Positions 48,880 through 59,181 of a stretch of DNA of 62,727 nucleotides are shown piece after piece. A program made the position numbers and the translations under genes. Position 1 is the stretch's first letter. Each line of letters begins with the position of its first letter. Origin of the DNA: Gemmatimonadota bacterium (lineage in GTDB: Bacteria; Gemmatimonadota; Gemmatimonadetes; Gemmatimonadales; Gemmatimonadaceae); contig JANMLN010000127.1 in NCBI GenBank assembly GCA_031372565.1, positions 1 to 62,727 of the forward strand, read 5' to 3'. The notes below the pieces were generated by a model. That model was given only the letters and a program-made list of their open reading frames with translations, made no database searches and was not told the DNA's origin.

Positions 48880-49611
48880 ATGATCGTCGCCAATGTGCGC
48901 CACCGACTCACGCGCGATGACGCGCAACTCGTGCTGCGGCTGGTGAGCCGTCACGACAGCGCGACCCGTGCGGACGCCGAGGCGGCGCTGCGCGACGAGG
49001 GGATCGACCAGCTCCTCGACGACCCGCGATTGCTCGAGGGGCTGGTGCGTACACCGGACGGCGCGCGCGCGAGCCTGCCGCTCTTCTGCTACGTCGTGGT
49101 GCGTCATGCGCTGCGCGCGCAGGGGGAAACGGATCGGGCGATCTCGGACTACCTCGCCGCCATCGTGCTCGAGTTCGGGTTCCGGAAGCGCGCATGGCGC
49201 ATCGGCGACTCCGACGATGAGTCATACGACACGCTGGCGCGCTTGCTCGAGGACGCGGAGCGCGGCGATCCGCGTCGCACCTTTCTCGTGCGCGCCCATC
49301 TCGGCAACTTCGCGCTCTGGCTCTCGGGATGCTTCCCGGACCACATCGAGCACCGCCGTTGGCGGCGCGGCGGTCCCGACCTCGACTACTTCGACACGCT
49401 CGGTGCGCGCGGCTTCCGGCTGGCGGCGGACCATCGCTTGGCGGCCGAACACGGCATGGAGGCGATCTTTGCGCGGGCGGCCGACCGCTTCGTGGCGCTG
49501 CGCCTCGCGCTGAATGCCGTGAGCGATGCGCTGTTGTTTCCCCATGTGCATACGCCCGAGCGCCTGATGCGGCAGGTGCGCGACGAGAGTCGCTGGCGGT
49601 TCGCGAGCTGA
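48880..49611 (+). CDS. Conserved-looking hypothetical protein
   Basis: GAGG RBS, globular composition, HLGNFALWLSG.FP, Y...G..F..AA.H. Confidence 0.8.
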   Translation: MIVANVRHRLTRDDAQLVLRLVSRHDSATRADAEAALRDEGIDQLLDDPRLLEGLVRTPDGARASLPLFCYVVVRHALRAQGETDRAISDYLAAIVLEFGFRKRAWRIGDSDDESYDTLARLLEDAERGDPRRTFLVRAHLGNFALWLSGCFPDHIEHRRWRRGGPDLDYFDTLGARGFRLAADHRLAAEHGMEAIFARAADRFVALRLALNAVSDALLFPHVHTPERLMRQVRDESRWRFAS

Positions 49612-49682
49612 ACTCGCACAAAGGTGCGTTGCGGGGGTGGGCGGCGGGCTCGTAAACTTCGGCTTCTGCCTCCCACTCCCCC

Positions 49683-50231
49683 GTGTTCGACGACCTCAAG
49701 GCTTCCCTGCGTGACCTGATCGGCGCCCGTCTCGCCCCCGACGACCGGCGGGCGGCCGTTGCGGCTATGAAGGACGCGATCATCCGCGCCAAGATGGCGC
49801 TCGATGACCTGCGGGATGCGCTTGCCACCACCCGCAAGCGACTCGCAGCGGATGAAGCCGAGTTGGCCACCGTGGAGCGACGCAAGGCGCTGGCCGAGCA
49901 GGCGGCCGATGCCGAGACGGTCGCGATTGCCGAGCGGTTTGCCCGACCGTTGCGGGAGCGCGTGGAGGTGCAGCGGCGCAAGGCGGAGGTGCAGGCCGAT
50001 GAACTCGCGATTGCCGAGCGCGAGGTGTCGGAGATGACGCAGCAGTTGAAGCTGGCCGCGAGCGGGGCCGGGGCGACGCCGCTGCGAACGGCGACGATTG
50101 CCGACGAACTCGAGCCGGACGCGGCGCTCAGACGCGATCTCGACGGCCTGTCACGCGCGAGCGCGCGGGCCTCGGCCGAGCAGGACGCCGACGCGCGCCT
50201 GGCCGAACTCAAGCGCCGAATGGGGCAGTAG
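49683..50231 (+). CDS. PspA/IM30-like coiled-coil protein
   Basis: All-helical, amphipathic MFDDLKASLRDL N-terminus, C-terminal DARLAELKRRMG. Confidence 0.65.
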   Translation: MFDDLKASLRDLIGARLAPDDRRAAVAAMKDAIIRAKMALDDLRDALATTRKRLAADEAELATVERRKALAEQAADAETVAIAERFARPLRERVEVQRRKAEVQADELAIAEREVSEMTQQLKLAASGAGATPLRTATIADELEPDAALRRDLDGLSRASARASAEQDADARLAELKRRMGQ

Positions 50232-50236
50232 CCGTG

Positions 50237-51964
50237 ATGCGGGGCTGCCGCCACCTCGTGTTGCTGATCGGGGTGTCGGCTCCCGCGTGGGGGCAGGATA
50301 CCACGACTGCCGCGAATCGCGATCCCGTCGCGTGCGTGGGGCAGCGGATCAAGCGCGTGGAGGTGCGGTCGGCGTATCCGCTGCCGAATGGCGATCTGGA
50401 CCGGGTGGCCTGGCTCCAGCGCTTCCAGCAGAAGATCCACGCGCTCACTCGGCCGGAGGTGGTGCGCGCCTTCGTGCTGCTGGCCGAGGGGGAGAAGTGC
50501 GAGGAGCGCAGGCGGTCGGAGTCGGAGCGCCTGCTGCGCGCGCAGCCCTACATCTCGCAAGCGCGCGTGCAGCCCGTCGACGCTGGCGGTGGCGAGGTGA
50601 TTCTGGACGTCAGCGTCGTCGACGAATTCGCCATCGGTGCGGACCTGTCGCTCTCGTCGTCGAGCGCGTACGTGCGCCGCTTCTCGACCGGGAGCACGAA
50701 CCTCGATGGTCGCGGTATCTCGCTGACGGGCGGGTTTGCTGCCGGGGGTGGGTACCGCGACGAGTTCAGCCTGCGGGCGGCGTCGTACGTGATGAATGGA
50801 GCGCCGCTGTTCATGTCAGTCGCAGGGGCACAGCGTCGCATGGGCGGCGACTGGGGGGTCGAAGTTGGGGTGCCATTCCTGACGGACTTCCAGCGCATTG
50901 CGTGGCGCGCGAGCGTGGGCCAGACGGACGTGTACCTGCCGTTCGCGCGACCGGATACCGACGCGGTGTCGCTCGGGCTCCGTCGCGTGAATGCCGAGGT
51001 CGGTGTGGTGACGCGCTTTGGTCCGCCGGGTTCGCTCGTGCTGTTGGGCGCCGGACTCTCACGCGAGGCGTCGAGCACCTCGTTGCAACCCGTGGTGCTG
51101 CGTGCGAACGGCCCGATGCCGGACTCGGCCCCCGAGCTGCGCAATCGGTACGCATCGCTGGATCAACGCCGAATCGACCTTCTCTTCGGCCTTCGGCGGC
51201 TGCGGTTCACGCGCACGAGTGGCTTCGAGGTACTCGAAGGGACGGAGGACGTGGGACTCGGCCTTCAGACGGGAGTCGTGCTGTCGCGTGGGCTGGTGGC
51301 ACTCGGCTCCTCCGAGGCCGACCTGTTGCTCTCCGCCGATGCGTACTTCGGGCGAGGCGATGCCTTTCACTTCCTCCGGGTGGATGGACGCGCGCAGGCG
51401 CGCCTGCCCGACAACACGGGCATCTGGGATTCCGTATTGTGGGATTTCTCCGTGCGTGGTTATTGGCGGATCGGGCTCACGCGCACCGTTGTCGCGAGCG
51501 GAATCTGGACGGGTGGGTATCGGTCGCCTGTGCCGCTGCAGCTCACCGTGGGCGACGAGATCGGTGGCGTGCGCGGCTTCCGCAATTCGCGCCAGGCGGG
51601 CGGCGAGCGCATCGCCTTTCGCCTGGAGGACCGGTGGTACCTCGGACGCGCCTTCGGGCTGGCCGCCGTCGGCTTCGCGCCGCTGGTGGACGTCGGGTAC
51701 ATGGGGAAGCGCGACGCGCCGTTCGGGGCCGACTCCAAGCCGGCCGTGTCGATCGGGGTGAGCCTGCTGGCGGCGATTCCCCCAGCATCGCGCCGTCTCT
51801 GGCGGCTCGACCTGATCTACCGCGTCACCAGCGACGGCGCGGCGCCGCTGTGGACGATCGGCACCTCCGTGCGCGACGGATCACGCTTCGCCTTTCAGGA
51901 GCCCGCCGACCTGGAGCGCAGTCGCGCGCGCGCGGTGAGTCCCGCCCGCTACAGCTGGCCGTAG
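50237..51964 (+). CDS. Omp85/BamA-TamA-like outer-membrane protein (POTRA plus barrel)
   Basis: Signal peptide, TRPEVVR...ESERLLR POTRA-like, NLDGRG, GGVRGF motif. Confidence 0.7.
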   Translation: MRGCRHLVLLIGVSAPAWGQDTTTAANRDPVACVGQRIKRVEVRSAYPLPNGDLDRVAWLQRFQQKIHALTRPEVVRAFVLLAEGEKCEERRRSESERLLRAQPYISQARVQPVDAGGGEVILDVSVVDEFAIGADLSLSSSSAYVRRFSTGSTNLDGRGISLTGGFAAGGGYRDEFSLRAASYVMNGAPLFMSVAGAQRRMGGDWGVEVGVPFLTDFQRIAWRASVGQTDVYLPFARPDTDAVSLGLRRVNAEVGVVTRFGPPGSLVLLGAGLSREASSTSLQPVVLRANGPMPDSAPELRNRYASLDQRRIDLLFGLRRLRFTRTSGFEVLEGTEDVGLGLQTGVVLSRGLVALGSSEADLLLSADAYFGRGDAFHFLRVDGRAQARLPDNTGIWDSVLWDFSVRGYWRIGLTRTVVASGIWTGGYRSPVPLQLTVGDEIGGVRGFRNSRQAGGERIAFRLEDRWYLGRAFGLAAVGFAPLVDVGYMGKRDAPFGADSKPAVSIGVSLLAAIPPASRRLWRLDLIYRVTSDGAAPLWTIGTSVRDGSRFAFQEPADLERSRARAVSPARYSWP

Positions 51965-51968
51965 CGCG

Positions 51969-53435
51969 CTACGCCTCGACGCTCGAGGTGAGGCGCTTGA
52001 GCCACGGCACGAGCAGCAGCATCACCAAGGCCGCGCCGATCGAGGTGGCGACCGGAATCGAGTAGAACGCGGCCTGCGACGACATCCTGGCCGACACTTC
52101 GGCGAGCATGCCGGCGATCTTGTTCGCGGCCGAGTTGGACAGGAAGAAGATGCCCATCATGAGCGCGCCCAGACGGGCCGGTGCCACCTTGGTCACATAC
52201 GACAATCCGACGGGCGAGACCATGAGCTCGCCGACTTCGCTCAGCGTGTAGGTGGCCACGAGGAAGAACGCGCTGACCTTGGCGCCGCCGTCGACGCCGC
52301 GACCGGCCAACACCATGAACAGGAAGGCGACGCCGATCACGACGAGTCCCATGGCGATCTTGAGCGCCGTGCTCGGCTCCTTGCCGCGCGCGGCGAGCCA
52401 CTGCCAGAGCCCGGCCATGAGCGGCGCGAGCATGAGCAGCGCGGCGGGCTGGATGGACTGGAACCATCCGGTCGGAATCTCCCAGCCAAACACGACGCGG
52501 TCGGTGTGACGATCCGCAAAAATGTTCATCGAACTGCCCGCCTGTTCGTACGCGGCCCAGAAGAAGACGACGAAGAACACGATCAGGCAGAGGGCGATGA
52601 CGCGCTTGAGCTCTTCACCGCGTGACGACAGGATGGCCATCGCGACCGACGCGCCGATGACCGTGCCGGTCAGCACCGCCGCCCAGTCGCCGCTGCCGGT
52701 GACCCAGCCGAGTGCGAAGCCGGCCGCACCGCCCACGAGTCCGTGCCACGCCTTGAGTCCATCGGCGGAGGCTCCGGCAACCGGTGTCACGTCGGAGGCA
52801 CGCGTCTCGCCGATCCCGGGCAGGTACTTCTGCTTCCCCAACGCGTACGCGATGAGTCCGAGGGTCATGCCGACGCCAGCGGCCGCGAAGCCGTAGTGCC
52901 AGCCGACGCATTCGCCGAGCGAGCTGCAGACCAGCGGCGCGAACGTCGCGCCGAGGTTGATGCCCATGTAGAAGATCGTGAAGCCGGCATCGCGGCGTCG
53001 ATCGCCCGCGGCGTAGAGTTGCCCCACCATCGTGGAGGCGTTGGGCTTGAAGAGTCCGGTGCCGAGCACCACGAGCACCAGCCCGATGTAGAACGCCGTC
53101 ATGCCGGGCAAGGCGAGGACGAAGTGTCCGGCGGCGATGATCGACCCGCCCACCAGCAGGGCGCGGTGCGTGCCCAGATAGCGATCGGCCAGGAAGCCAC
53201 CGATCATCGGCGTGAGCCAGACCATGCCGGTGTACGTGCCATACAGGCGGTAGGCGTCGGTGTCGGACCACGCGAGCGCCTTGGTCAGGTAGAGCACGAC
53301 GAGGGCGCGCATGCCGTAGTAGGAGAAGCGCTCCCACATTTCGGCCACGAACAAGAGCCCCAGCCCGCGCGGGTGGCCGAAGAAGGCGCGGTCGTCCTGA
53401 GGCAGGAGCGCGGGAGCGTGCGCGGCAGTGGTCAC
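51969..53435 (-). CDS. POT/PTR-family proton-dependent oligopeptide transporter
   Basis: FGHPRGL, EMWERFSYYGMR, FYMGINLG, GELMVSPVGLS. Confidence 0.95.
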   Translation of the reverse strand: MTTAAHAPALLPQDDRAFFGHPRGLGLLFVAEMWERFSYYGMRALVVLYLTKALAWSDTDAYRLYGTYTGMVWLTPMIGGFLADRYLGTHRALLVGGSIIAAGHFVLALPGMTAFYIGLVLVVLGTGLFKPNASTMVGQLYAAGDRRRDAGFTIFYMGINLGATFAPLVCSSLGECVGWHYGFAAAGVGMTLGLIAYALGKQKYLPGIGETRASDVTPVAGASADGLKAWHGLVGGAAGFALGWVTGSGDWAAVLTGTVIGASVAMAILSSRGEELKRVIALCLIVFFVVFFWAAYEQAGSSMNIFADRHTDRVVFGWEIPTGWFQSIQPAALLMLAPLMAGLWQWLAARGKEPSTALKIAMGLVVIGVAFLFMVLAGRGVDGGAKVSAFFLVATYTLSEVGELMVSPVGLSYVTKVAPARLGALMMGIFFLSNSAANKIAGMLAEVSARMSSQAAFYSIPVATSIGAALVMLLLVPWLKRLTSSVEA

Positions 53436-53454
53436 GGCTGGGGGAATCGGGGGG

Positions 53455-54534
53455 TCACGCGGGACGCGAATCGGTTGCGAGGACGGGCAGATGGCGCGTG
53501 GGTGCGCGCGAGCCACCGGCCGTCTGCTGCGCGTCCCACGTGATCGTCGACGGCGGCTGCTTGAAGCAGGCAACGAGTCGGCCGGGCGCCTTGGGCTCGA
53601 GTGGCGGCACGAGGCGCGTGCAGGCGTCGTCCTTGCTCGGGTGATGGCAGCGTGGGTGGAACGGGCAGCCGCTGGGCGGATTGGCCGGTGAGGGCGGCTC
53701 GCCCGGCAACACGATGCGGCGCGCGCGCACGTTCGGGTCGGCGATGGGCACGGCGGAGCGCAGCGCTTGCGTGTAGGGGTGCAGCGGTTCGGCAAAGATG
53801 GCATCGCGCGTGGCGAGCTCGACGATGCGTCCCAGGTACATCACCGCCACGCGATCCGCCACATGCTCGACGACCGACAGGTCGTGCGCGATGAACAGGT
53901 AGGTGAGCGCCCGCTGCCGCTGCAGGTCCATCAGCAAGTTGATCACCTGCGCCTGCACCGAGACGTCGAGCGCGGACACCGGTTCGTCGAGCACGATGAA
54001 GTCCGGACCGACCGAGAGCGCACGCGCGATCCCGACGCGCTGTCGCTGTCCGCCCGAGAACTCGTGCGGGTATCGGTCGGCCCATTCGGGGCGGAGCCCG
54101 ACTTCGTCCAGCAGCGCGCGCGTGCGCGCGTCGGCCGCTGCCCCCTCGGCCAACCGATGGATCAGCAGCCCTTCCTTGACCGTGTCGCCGATCGTCATGC
54201 GCGGGTTGAGCGAGCCGAACGGGTCCTGGAAGACGAGCTGCATGCGCCGTCGCAGCGTGCGCAGCGCGGCGGGCGCGAGCGTGGCGAGCTCGATGCCGTC
54301 GAACGCAACGCTCCCGGAGGTGGGCACGTCGAGGTGGAGCAGCATGCGTCCGGTCGTGGTCTTGCCGGAGCCGGATTCGCCGACGAGCGCGAGCGTCTCG
54401 CCGCGGGCGATGTCGAGCGAGACGCCATCGACGGCGCGGATCGCGCTGGCCGGCTTGCGAAAGAAGCCGCTCGCGACGGCGAAATGGCGCGTCAGGTCGC
54501 GCGCCTGCACCAGCGGCGTGGCGGTGGTGCTCAT
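53455..54534 (-). CDS. Oligopeptide/dipeptide ABC ATPase (OppF/DppF-like)
   Basis: [32 protein letters not shown]. Confidence 0.93.
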   Translation of the reverse strand: MSTTATPLVQARDLTRHFAVASGFFRKPASAIRAVDGVSLDIARGETLALVGESGSGKTTTGRMLLHLDVPTSGSVAFDGIELATLAPAALRTLRRRMQLVFQDPFGSLNPRMTIGDTVKEGLLIHRLAEGAAADARTRALLDEVGLRPEWADRYPHEFSGGQRQRVGIARALSVGPDFIVLDEPVSALDVSVQAQVINLLMDLQRQRALTYLFIAHDLSVVEHVADRVAVMYLGRIVELATRDAIFAEPLHPYTQALRSAVPIADPNVRARRIVLPGEPPSPANPPSGCPFHPRCHHPSKDDACTRLVPPLEPKAPGRLVACFKQPPSTITWDAQQTAGGSRAPTRHLPVLATDSRPA

Positions 54535-55550
54535 GCGGACGCACCCGCGAGTCCGGCCGTCGCGCGACGCGCCGGGTCGGTCACGAGATGGCACCGCGCG
54601 ATGTGTCCCGGCGCGACTTCGACGGCCGCGGGCGCCTCCGAGGCACACTTCTCCCACGCGTGCGCGCACCGATCGCGAAAGCGGCAGCCGCTCGGCCACG
54701 CCGTGGCGGGCGGTACCGTGCCGGGAATCGCCTCGAGCCGCTCACGTCGGCTGCCCATCCGCGGCATCGCGCGCAGCAGACCCGCCGTGTACGGATGTGC
54801 CGGCGCAGCGAAGAGCGTGCGCACGGGCGCTGCCTCGACGATCTGCCCGCCGTACATCACGAGGACGCGCTGTGCCATCTCCGCCACGACGCCGAAGTCG
54901 TGCGTGATGAGCAGCACGGCACTGCCCGTTTCGGCTTGCAGCGAGCGGAGCAGATCCAGGATCTGCGCCTGGATGGTGACGTCGAGCGCGGTGGTGGGTT
55001 CGTCGGCAATCACGAGCGCGGGCGAGAGCAGCAGGGCCATGGCGATCAGGACGCGCTGCCGCAAGCCGCCCGAGAGCTGATGCGGGTAGTCGTGCGCGCG
55101 GCGAGCGGCATCGGCAATGCCGGTGCGCTCGAGCATGGCCACGGCGCGCGCCCAGGCATCGGTGCGCGACGCGCCCTCGTGGATGCGCGCGACTACCGCC
55201 ACCTGATCGCCGACGGTGAACACGGGATTGAGCGCGGTCATCGGCTCCTGGAAGATCATCGCAATGCGGCGGCCGCGCAGCTGTCGCATCTGTTCCTCAT
55301 CGAGCGCCAACAGATCGGCACCCTCGAACCGGATGCCGCTTCCCGCTTCGATGCGCCCGGGCGGATCGATGAGGCGCAGGAGCGCGAGTGCCGTGACCGA
55401 CTTGCCGCTGCCCGATTCGCCCACGAGTGCGACGGTCTCGCCACGGTCCATCGTGAACGTCACGCCGTCCACGGCGCGCGCCACGCCCGACGCTCCCCGG
55501 AAGTGCACGGCGAGGTCGCGCACGTCGAGGAGGTGCGGATCGTCGCTCAC
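54531..55550 (-). CDS. Oligopeptide/dipeptide ABC ATPase (OppD/DppD-like)
   Basis: [33 protein letters not shown]. Confidence 0.93.
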   Translation of the reverse strand: MSDDPHLLDVRDLAVHFRGASGVARAVDGVTFTMDRGETVALVGESGSGKSVTALALLRLIDPPGRIEAGSGIRFEGADLLALDEEQMRQLRGRRIAMIFQEPMTALNPVFTVGDQVAVVARIHEGASRTDAWARAVAMLERTGIADAARRAHDYPHQLSGGLRQRVLIAMALLLSPALVIADEPTTALDVTIQAQILDLLRSLQAETGSAVLLITHDFGVVAEMAQRVLVMYGGQIVEAAPVRTLFAAPAHPYTAGLLRAMPRMGSRRERLEAIPGTVPPATAWPSGCRFRDRCAHAWEKCASEAPAAVEVAPGHIARCHLVTDPARRATAGLAGASA

Positions 55551-55645
55551 GCGGCGCCGCCGCGGAGATCAGTCGGGAGCATGCTCGGCATCACGTGGCT
55601 CAAGATAGGGCGCGCCCTCGCGTGCGCGAGCCGCGCGACGGTCAT
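55547..55645 (-). CDS. Candidate 32-aa mini-ORF bridging permease and ATPase genes
   Basis: ATGA overlap with the upstream stop and GTGA overlap with the downstream start. Confidence 0.4.
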   Translation of the reverse strand: MTVARLAHARARPILSHVMPSMLPTDLRGGAA

Positions 55646-56472
55646 CGCGCACCGTTGGCGCGGGTCCACGGTTCGCCGCGCTCGACGCGATCGGCGACGA
55701 CGCCAGCCGCGAGCACCGTCACCACGATGGCGATGGCGGGGAGCAACACGAGGCGTGGCGCGGTGGCGATCTGGGCGCGCCCCTCGCTGATGAGGCCGCC
55801 CCAGGTCGCGATCGGAATCTCGGCGCCCTGCCCGATGAACGAGAGCGCCGCTTCCAGCGTGACCGCGTGCGCGAATGCGAGCACGGTCGCCGCGGCGATG
55901 GTGCCCGTCACGTTGGGGATCAGGTGGCGCACGGCGACGCGCATCGTGGGCGCGCCCAGCGCGCGCGCGGCCACGGCGAAGTCGCCGCCAACCAACGCGC
56001 GTGCCCGTGCGCGCACGAGCCGGGCGAGGGCAAACCAGCCCGTCGTTCCCATGGCGACCGCGAGCCAGCCCCACGAGAGCCGTCCGAATGCGGCGGTCAG
56101 GACGATGAGCAGGAGCAGGCGCGGGACGGCGATGCCGACATCGACCACGCTCATGCACGCGCGATCGACCCAGGGGCGCGAGACGGCCGCGAGCAGGCCG
56201 ACCCCCGCCCCGATCACGGCGGTCACCGCAGCGGCCAGCACACCGAACGCCATCGAGACGCGTGCCCCGGCGATCAATCGTGCGAGCAGGTCGCGCGCGT
56301 TCTCGTCGGTGCCCAGGGGGTGGGCCCACGACGACGCCGCGCTGCGCAACGTCGCGAGATCGCCCACCCGGTTCGGGTCCACGCGCCACAGCACGGGGCC
56401 GAGCACCGCGACGCCGATCACGGCGGCGAGCACGGCGAGCGCCGGCCGCCACGAGTGAGAGGGAGCGCCCAT
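55642..56472 (-). CDS. Peptide ABC permease (OppC/DppC-like)
   Basis: HPLGTDENARD, AARALGA, RHLIPN, EAALSFIG. Confidence 0.9.
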   Translation of the reverse strand: MGAPSHSWRPALAVLAAVIGVAVLGPVLWRVDPNRVGDLATLRSAASSWAHPLGTDENARDLLARLIAGARVSMAFGVLAAAVTAVIGAGVGLLAAVSRPWVDRACMSVVDVGIAVPRLLLLIVLTAAFGRLSWGWLAVAMGTTGWFALARLVRARARALVGGDFAVAARALGAPTMRVAVRHLIPNVTGTIAAATVLAFAHAVTLEAALSFIGQGAEIPIATWGGLISEGRAQIATAPRLVLLPAIAIVVTVLAAGVVADRVERGEPWTRANGAR

Positions 56473-56473
56473 G

Positions 56474-57460
56474 CTATGACGGCTCCGTTGCGCGCCGCGG
56501 ATCGAGCCACCGATGCGCGGCATCCGCCAGCACGCCACCGCCCACGACGACCGCCGCCATCGGCACGACGCAGCCCAGCGCGAGTTGCGCATCGCGCTCG
56601 GCCAGCGCCTTGAACGCGAGCGTGCCCATGCCCGGCCACGCGAACACCTGCTCGACGATGAGCGCACCACCGGCCAAGGCGGGCAGCGCCAGTCCGGCCA
56701 GCGCGATCGTGGGGGCGAGCGCAGCCCCCCCCGCGTGGCGATACAGCAGCGCCCCCTCGCGCACGCCGCGCGCGCGTGCCGCGCGAAGGAACGGCTCGCG
56801 CCCCGCCTCGCGGAGCGCCACCCGCTGGTGGCGCGAGACCTGCGCCGCCACGATCAGGGCGAGCGTGAGCGCGGGCAACACCAGATGGCGGAGCTGCTCC
56901 GTCCAGCGGATCGCGCCTCCACCGGTGGACCACGGGTCCGAAGCGCCGGACGATGGCAGCCAGCCGAGTCGCAGGCTGAACAGCTGGATGAGTCCGAGCG
57001 CGATGATGAATTCCGGCAATGCCCACAGCGCGAGTGCGCCGCCGCCCACCCAGCGGTCCCAGCGGCTCTCCGGCGCGCGCGCCTGCACGAGCGCCACCGC
57101 GATCCCGAGTGCGAAGCCCAGCACCAGCGCGACGCCTCCCAGCCGAAGCGTGTACGGGAGCGCGCCGGCGACGGCCTCGGCCACCGGCATGCCAGCGGAC
57201 AGCGAGAAGCCGAGGTCGCCGCGCGCGGCATACGCGAACCATGCGCCGACCTTCGCGGGCAGCGGGCGATCGAGTCCCATCTGGGCGCGCACGCGCGCGC
57301 GCGCCTCGGTGGGCACGAGCGGGTCGTCTGCGCTGCTCGCGAGGGGATCGCCGGGTGCGAGATGCAGCAGCACGAGGCTGACCACGGCCACGACGAGCAC
57401 CACCAGCACACCGCGCAGCAGCGGGAGCGCGAGCGCCCGCGCGGCGCCCATGCCGCGCAT
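56474..57460 (-). CDS. Peptide ABC permease (OppB/DppB-like)
   Basis: LAPGDP, GLDRP, GDLGFS, ARARG, EQVFAWPGMG. Confidence 0.9.
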   Translation of the reverse strand: MRGMGAARALALPLLRGVLVVLVVAVVSLVLLHLAPGDPLASSADDPLVPTEARARVRAQMGLDRPLPAKVGAWFAYAARGDLGFSLSAGMPVAEAVAGALPYTLRLGGVALVLGFALGIAVALVQARAPESRWDRWVGGGALALWALPEFIIALGLIQLFSLRLGWLPSSGASDPWSTGGGAIRWTEQLRHLVLPALTLALIVAAQVSRHQRVALREAGREPFLRAARARGVREGALLYRHAGGAALAPTIALAGLALPALAGGALIVEQVFAWPGMGTLAFKALAERDAQLALGCVVPMAAVVVGGGVLADAAHRWLDPRRATEPS

Positions 57461-57472
57461 CAACGCGCCTCG

Positions 57473-59143
57473 CTACTTCGCGCCGCTCACGCGGTCGCGC
57501 GGCAATCGTTGCCCGGCCGGAATGCCCCAGTCGGCCAGCCGGGCGAACCAGCCCGTGGGCAGGAGACGCGCCGGCTGGAGCCGCGCCTGCACGGCGAGCA
57601 CCTGGCGCGGATCGTAAAGCCAGATCGCGGGGGCGTCGTCGTTGATGATGCGGAAGGCGCGTGTCCAGAGCGCGCGCGCGGCGTCGCTGTCGGATGCGTG
57701 GGCGGCCGAGTCGGCGACGGCATCGAAGGCCGGGTTCGCGTAGCCGGACCGGTTGGACCCTCCGGCGGTGAGCGCGCCGGCACTGCCCCAACTCTGGCGG
57801 ACCGTGGTGGACGGTGTGGGGTCGGTCGCAACCGAGTAGAGCGTGGCATCGAACGCGCGTTTGGTCACACGTTCGGTGAACACCGGGGGCTCCACCGACT
57901 CGATGTTCACGATCACGCCACGCTCCTTGAGCGCGGCCTGGATGAGCGTGGCGTAGCGCACGCGCGTCCGCACCGGCGCGGGAATGAGCAACGAGAAAGC
58001 GAGCGGCTTGCCGCCGCGCGCGCGCATGCCGTCGGCGCCGCGCGCCCAGCCCAGCGAGTCAAGCACGCGATCCGACTCGGCCGCATTGAATGGCAACTGG
58101 ACGAGGCTCGTGTCCTTCGGGGCGATGGCCGTCGGGACAGGACCGACCGGCACCGTCGCCATCGAGTCGAAGATCGCGCGCACGAAGCTCCGCCGGTCGA
58201 GCGCGAGCCCGAGCGCCCGGCGCAGTGCGCGGTCACCGAACAACGGATGCGGTCGCGCGGTGCCGTTGTCGTGCAGCGAGAACATGAGGTAGCCGAAGCT
58301 CAGCGCCGCATACGGCACGGTGCGGATGTCGCTGCGCCCGGCGAACTGCGCGAGCACCTCAGGCCGTACGTTGTCGAGCACGTCGGCCTCCTTTGCGAGC
58401 ATCCGGTTCACGCCAGCGGCGGCATCGCTCGAGGTCGCGAAGATGACCCGGTCCAGCTTGGCGCGTCCGGCGTAGTTGGTGGTGTCGCTGGCGAGCACGA
58501 CCTTCACGCGCGGTTCCCACGCGACGAAGCGGAAGCGACCCGAGCCCACCGGCGTGCGGGCGAACGGCGACTGGCGCAGCGAGTCGTGCGGGACGGCCCC
58601 GAGCAGGTGCTGCGGGTGGATCAGCATCTGGTACGTCGCGTCGAAGAACTGCTCGCTCGTGCGCTCGTGGAACCAGAAGATCGCGGTGAGCGAGTCGCGC
58701 ACCGTCACGGAGTCGATGTTCGCCAACAGCGGCGCGAACGGTGCACCGGTGAGCGAATCGCGATACAGGTCGAAGGTGAAGCGGACGTCGGAGGCCGAGA
58801 CCGGGCGACCGTCGTGCCAGCGCGCCCGCGCGTCGAGCGCGAACGCGATCGAGAGCGAGTCGGCGCTCCACGTCCAGGCGCGCGCGAGGCGCGGCCGGAA
58901 GCCGCGGTCGCCCACCGTGTTCATGTCGTCACCCAGATCGGCCAGCCGGTCGAACAGTTGCTGCACGACTGCCTGTCCGGTGGCGGTGGTGGTGAGGGCT
59001 GGCACGAGCACATCCGGGTCGGCCGGGGTGGCGATCACGGCCGTTCCGCCTGCCGCATCGGATGCGCCAGACGGGTCGGCGCAGGCGCTCGCGAGGAGCG
59101 AGAAGGCAAGGGCAGTCAGGGCACGGCGGCGCATCGTGGGCAT
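57473..59143 (-). CDS. Peptide ABC substrate-binding lipoprotein (family 5)
   Basis: LLASAC, PRLARAW, WHDGRPVSASDV.FT, PVGSGRF. Confidence 0.92.
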   Translation of the reverse strand: MPTMRRRALTALAFSLLASACADPSGASDAAGGTAVIATPADPDVLVPALTTTATGQAVVQQLFDRLADLGDDMNTVGDRGFRPRLARAWTWSADSLSIAFALDARARWHDGRPVSASDVRFTFDLYRDSLTGAPFAPLLANIDSVTVRDSLTAIFWFHERTSEQFFDATYQMLIHPQHLLGAVPHDSLRQSPFARTPVGSGRFRFVAWEPRVKVVLASDTTNYAGRAKLDRVIFATSSDAAAGVNRMLAKEADVLDNVRPEVLAQFAGRSDIRTVPYAALSFGYLMFSLHDNGTARPHPLFGDRALRRALGLALDRRSFVRAIFDSMATVPVGPVPTAIAPKDTSLVQLPFNAAESDRVLDSLGWARGADGMRARGGKPLAFSLLIPAPVRTRVRYATLIQAALKERGVIVNIESVEPPVFTERVTKRAFDATLYSVATDPTPSTTVRQSWGSAGALTAGGSNRSGYANPAFDAVADSAAHASDSDAARALWTRAFRIINDDAPAIWLYDPRQVLAVQARLQPARLLPTGWFARLADWGIPAGQRLPRDRVSGAK

Positions 59144-59181
59144 TGGGAGCGGGAAGAGACAGTATGACGGCTGAGGCGCGG

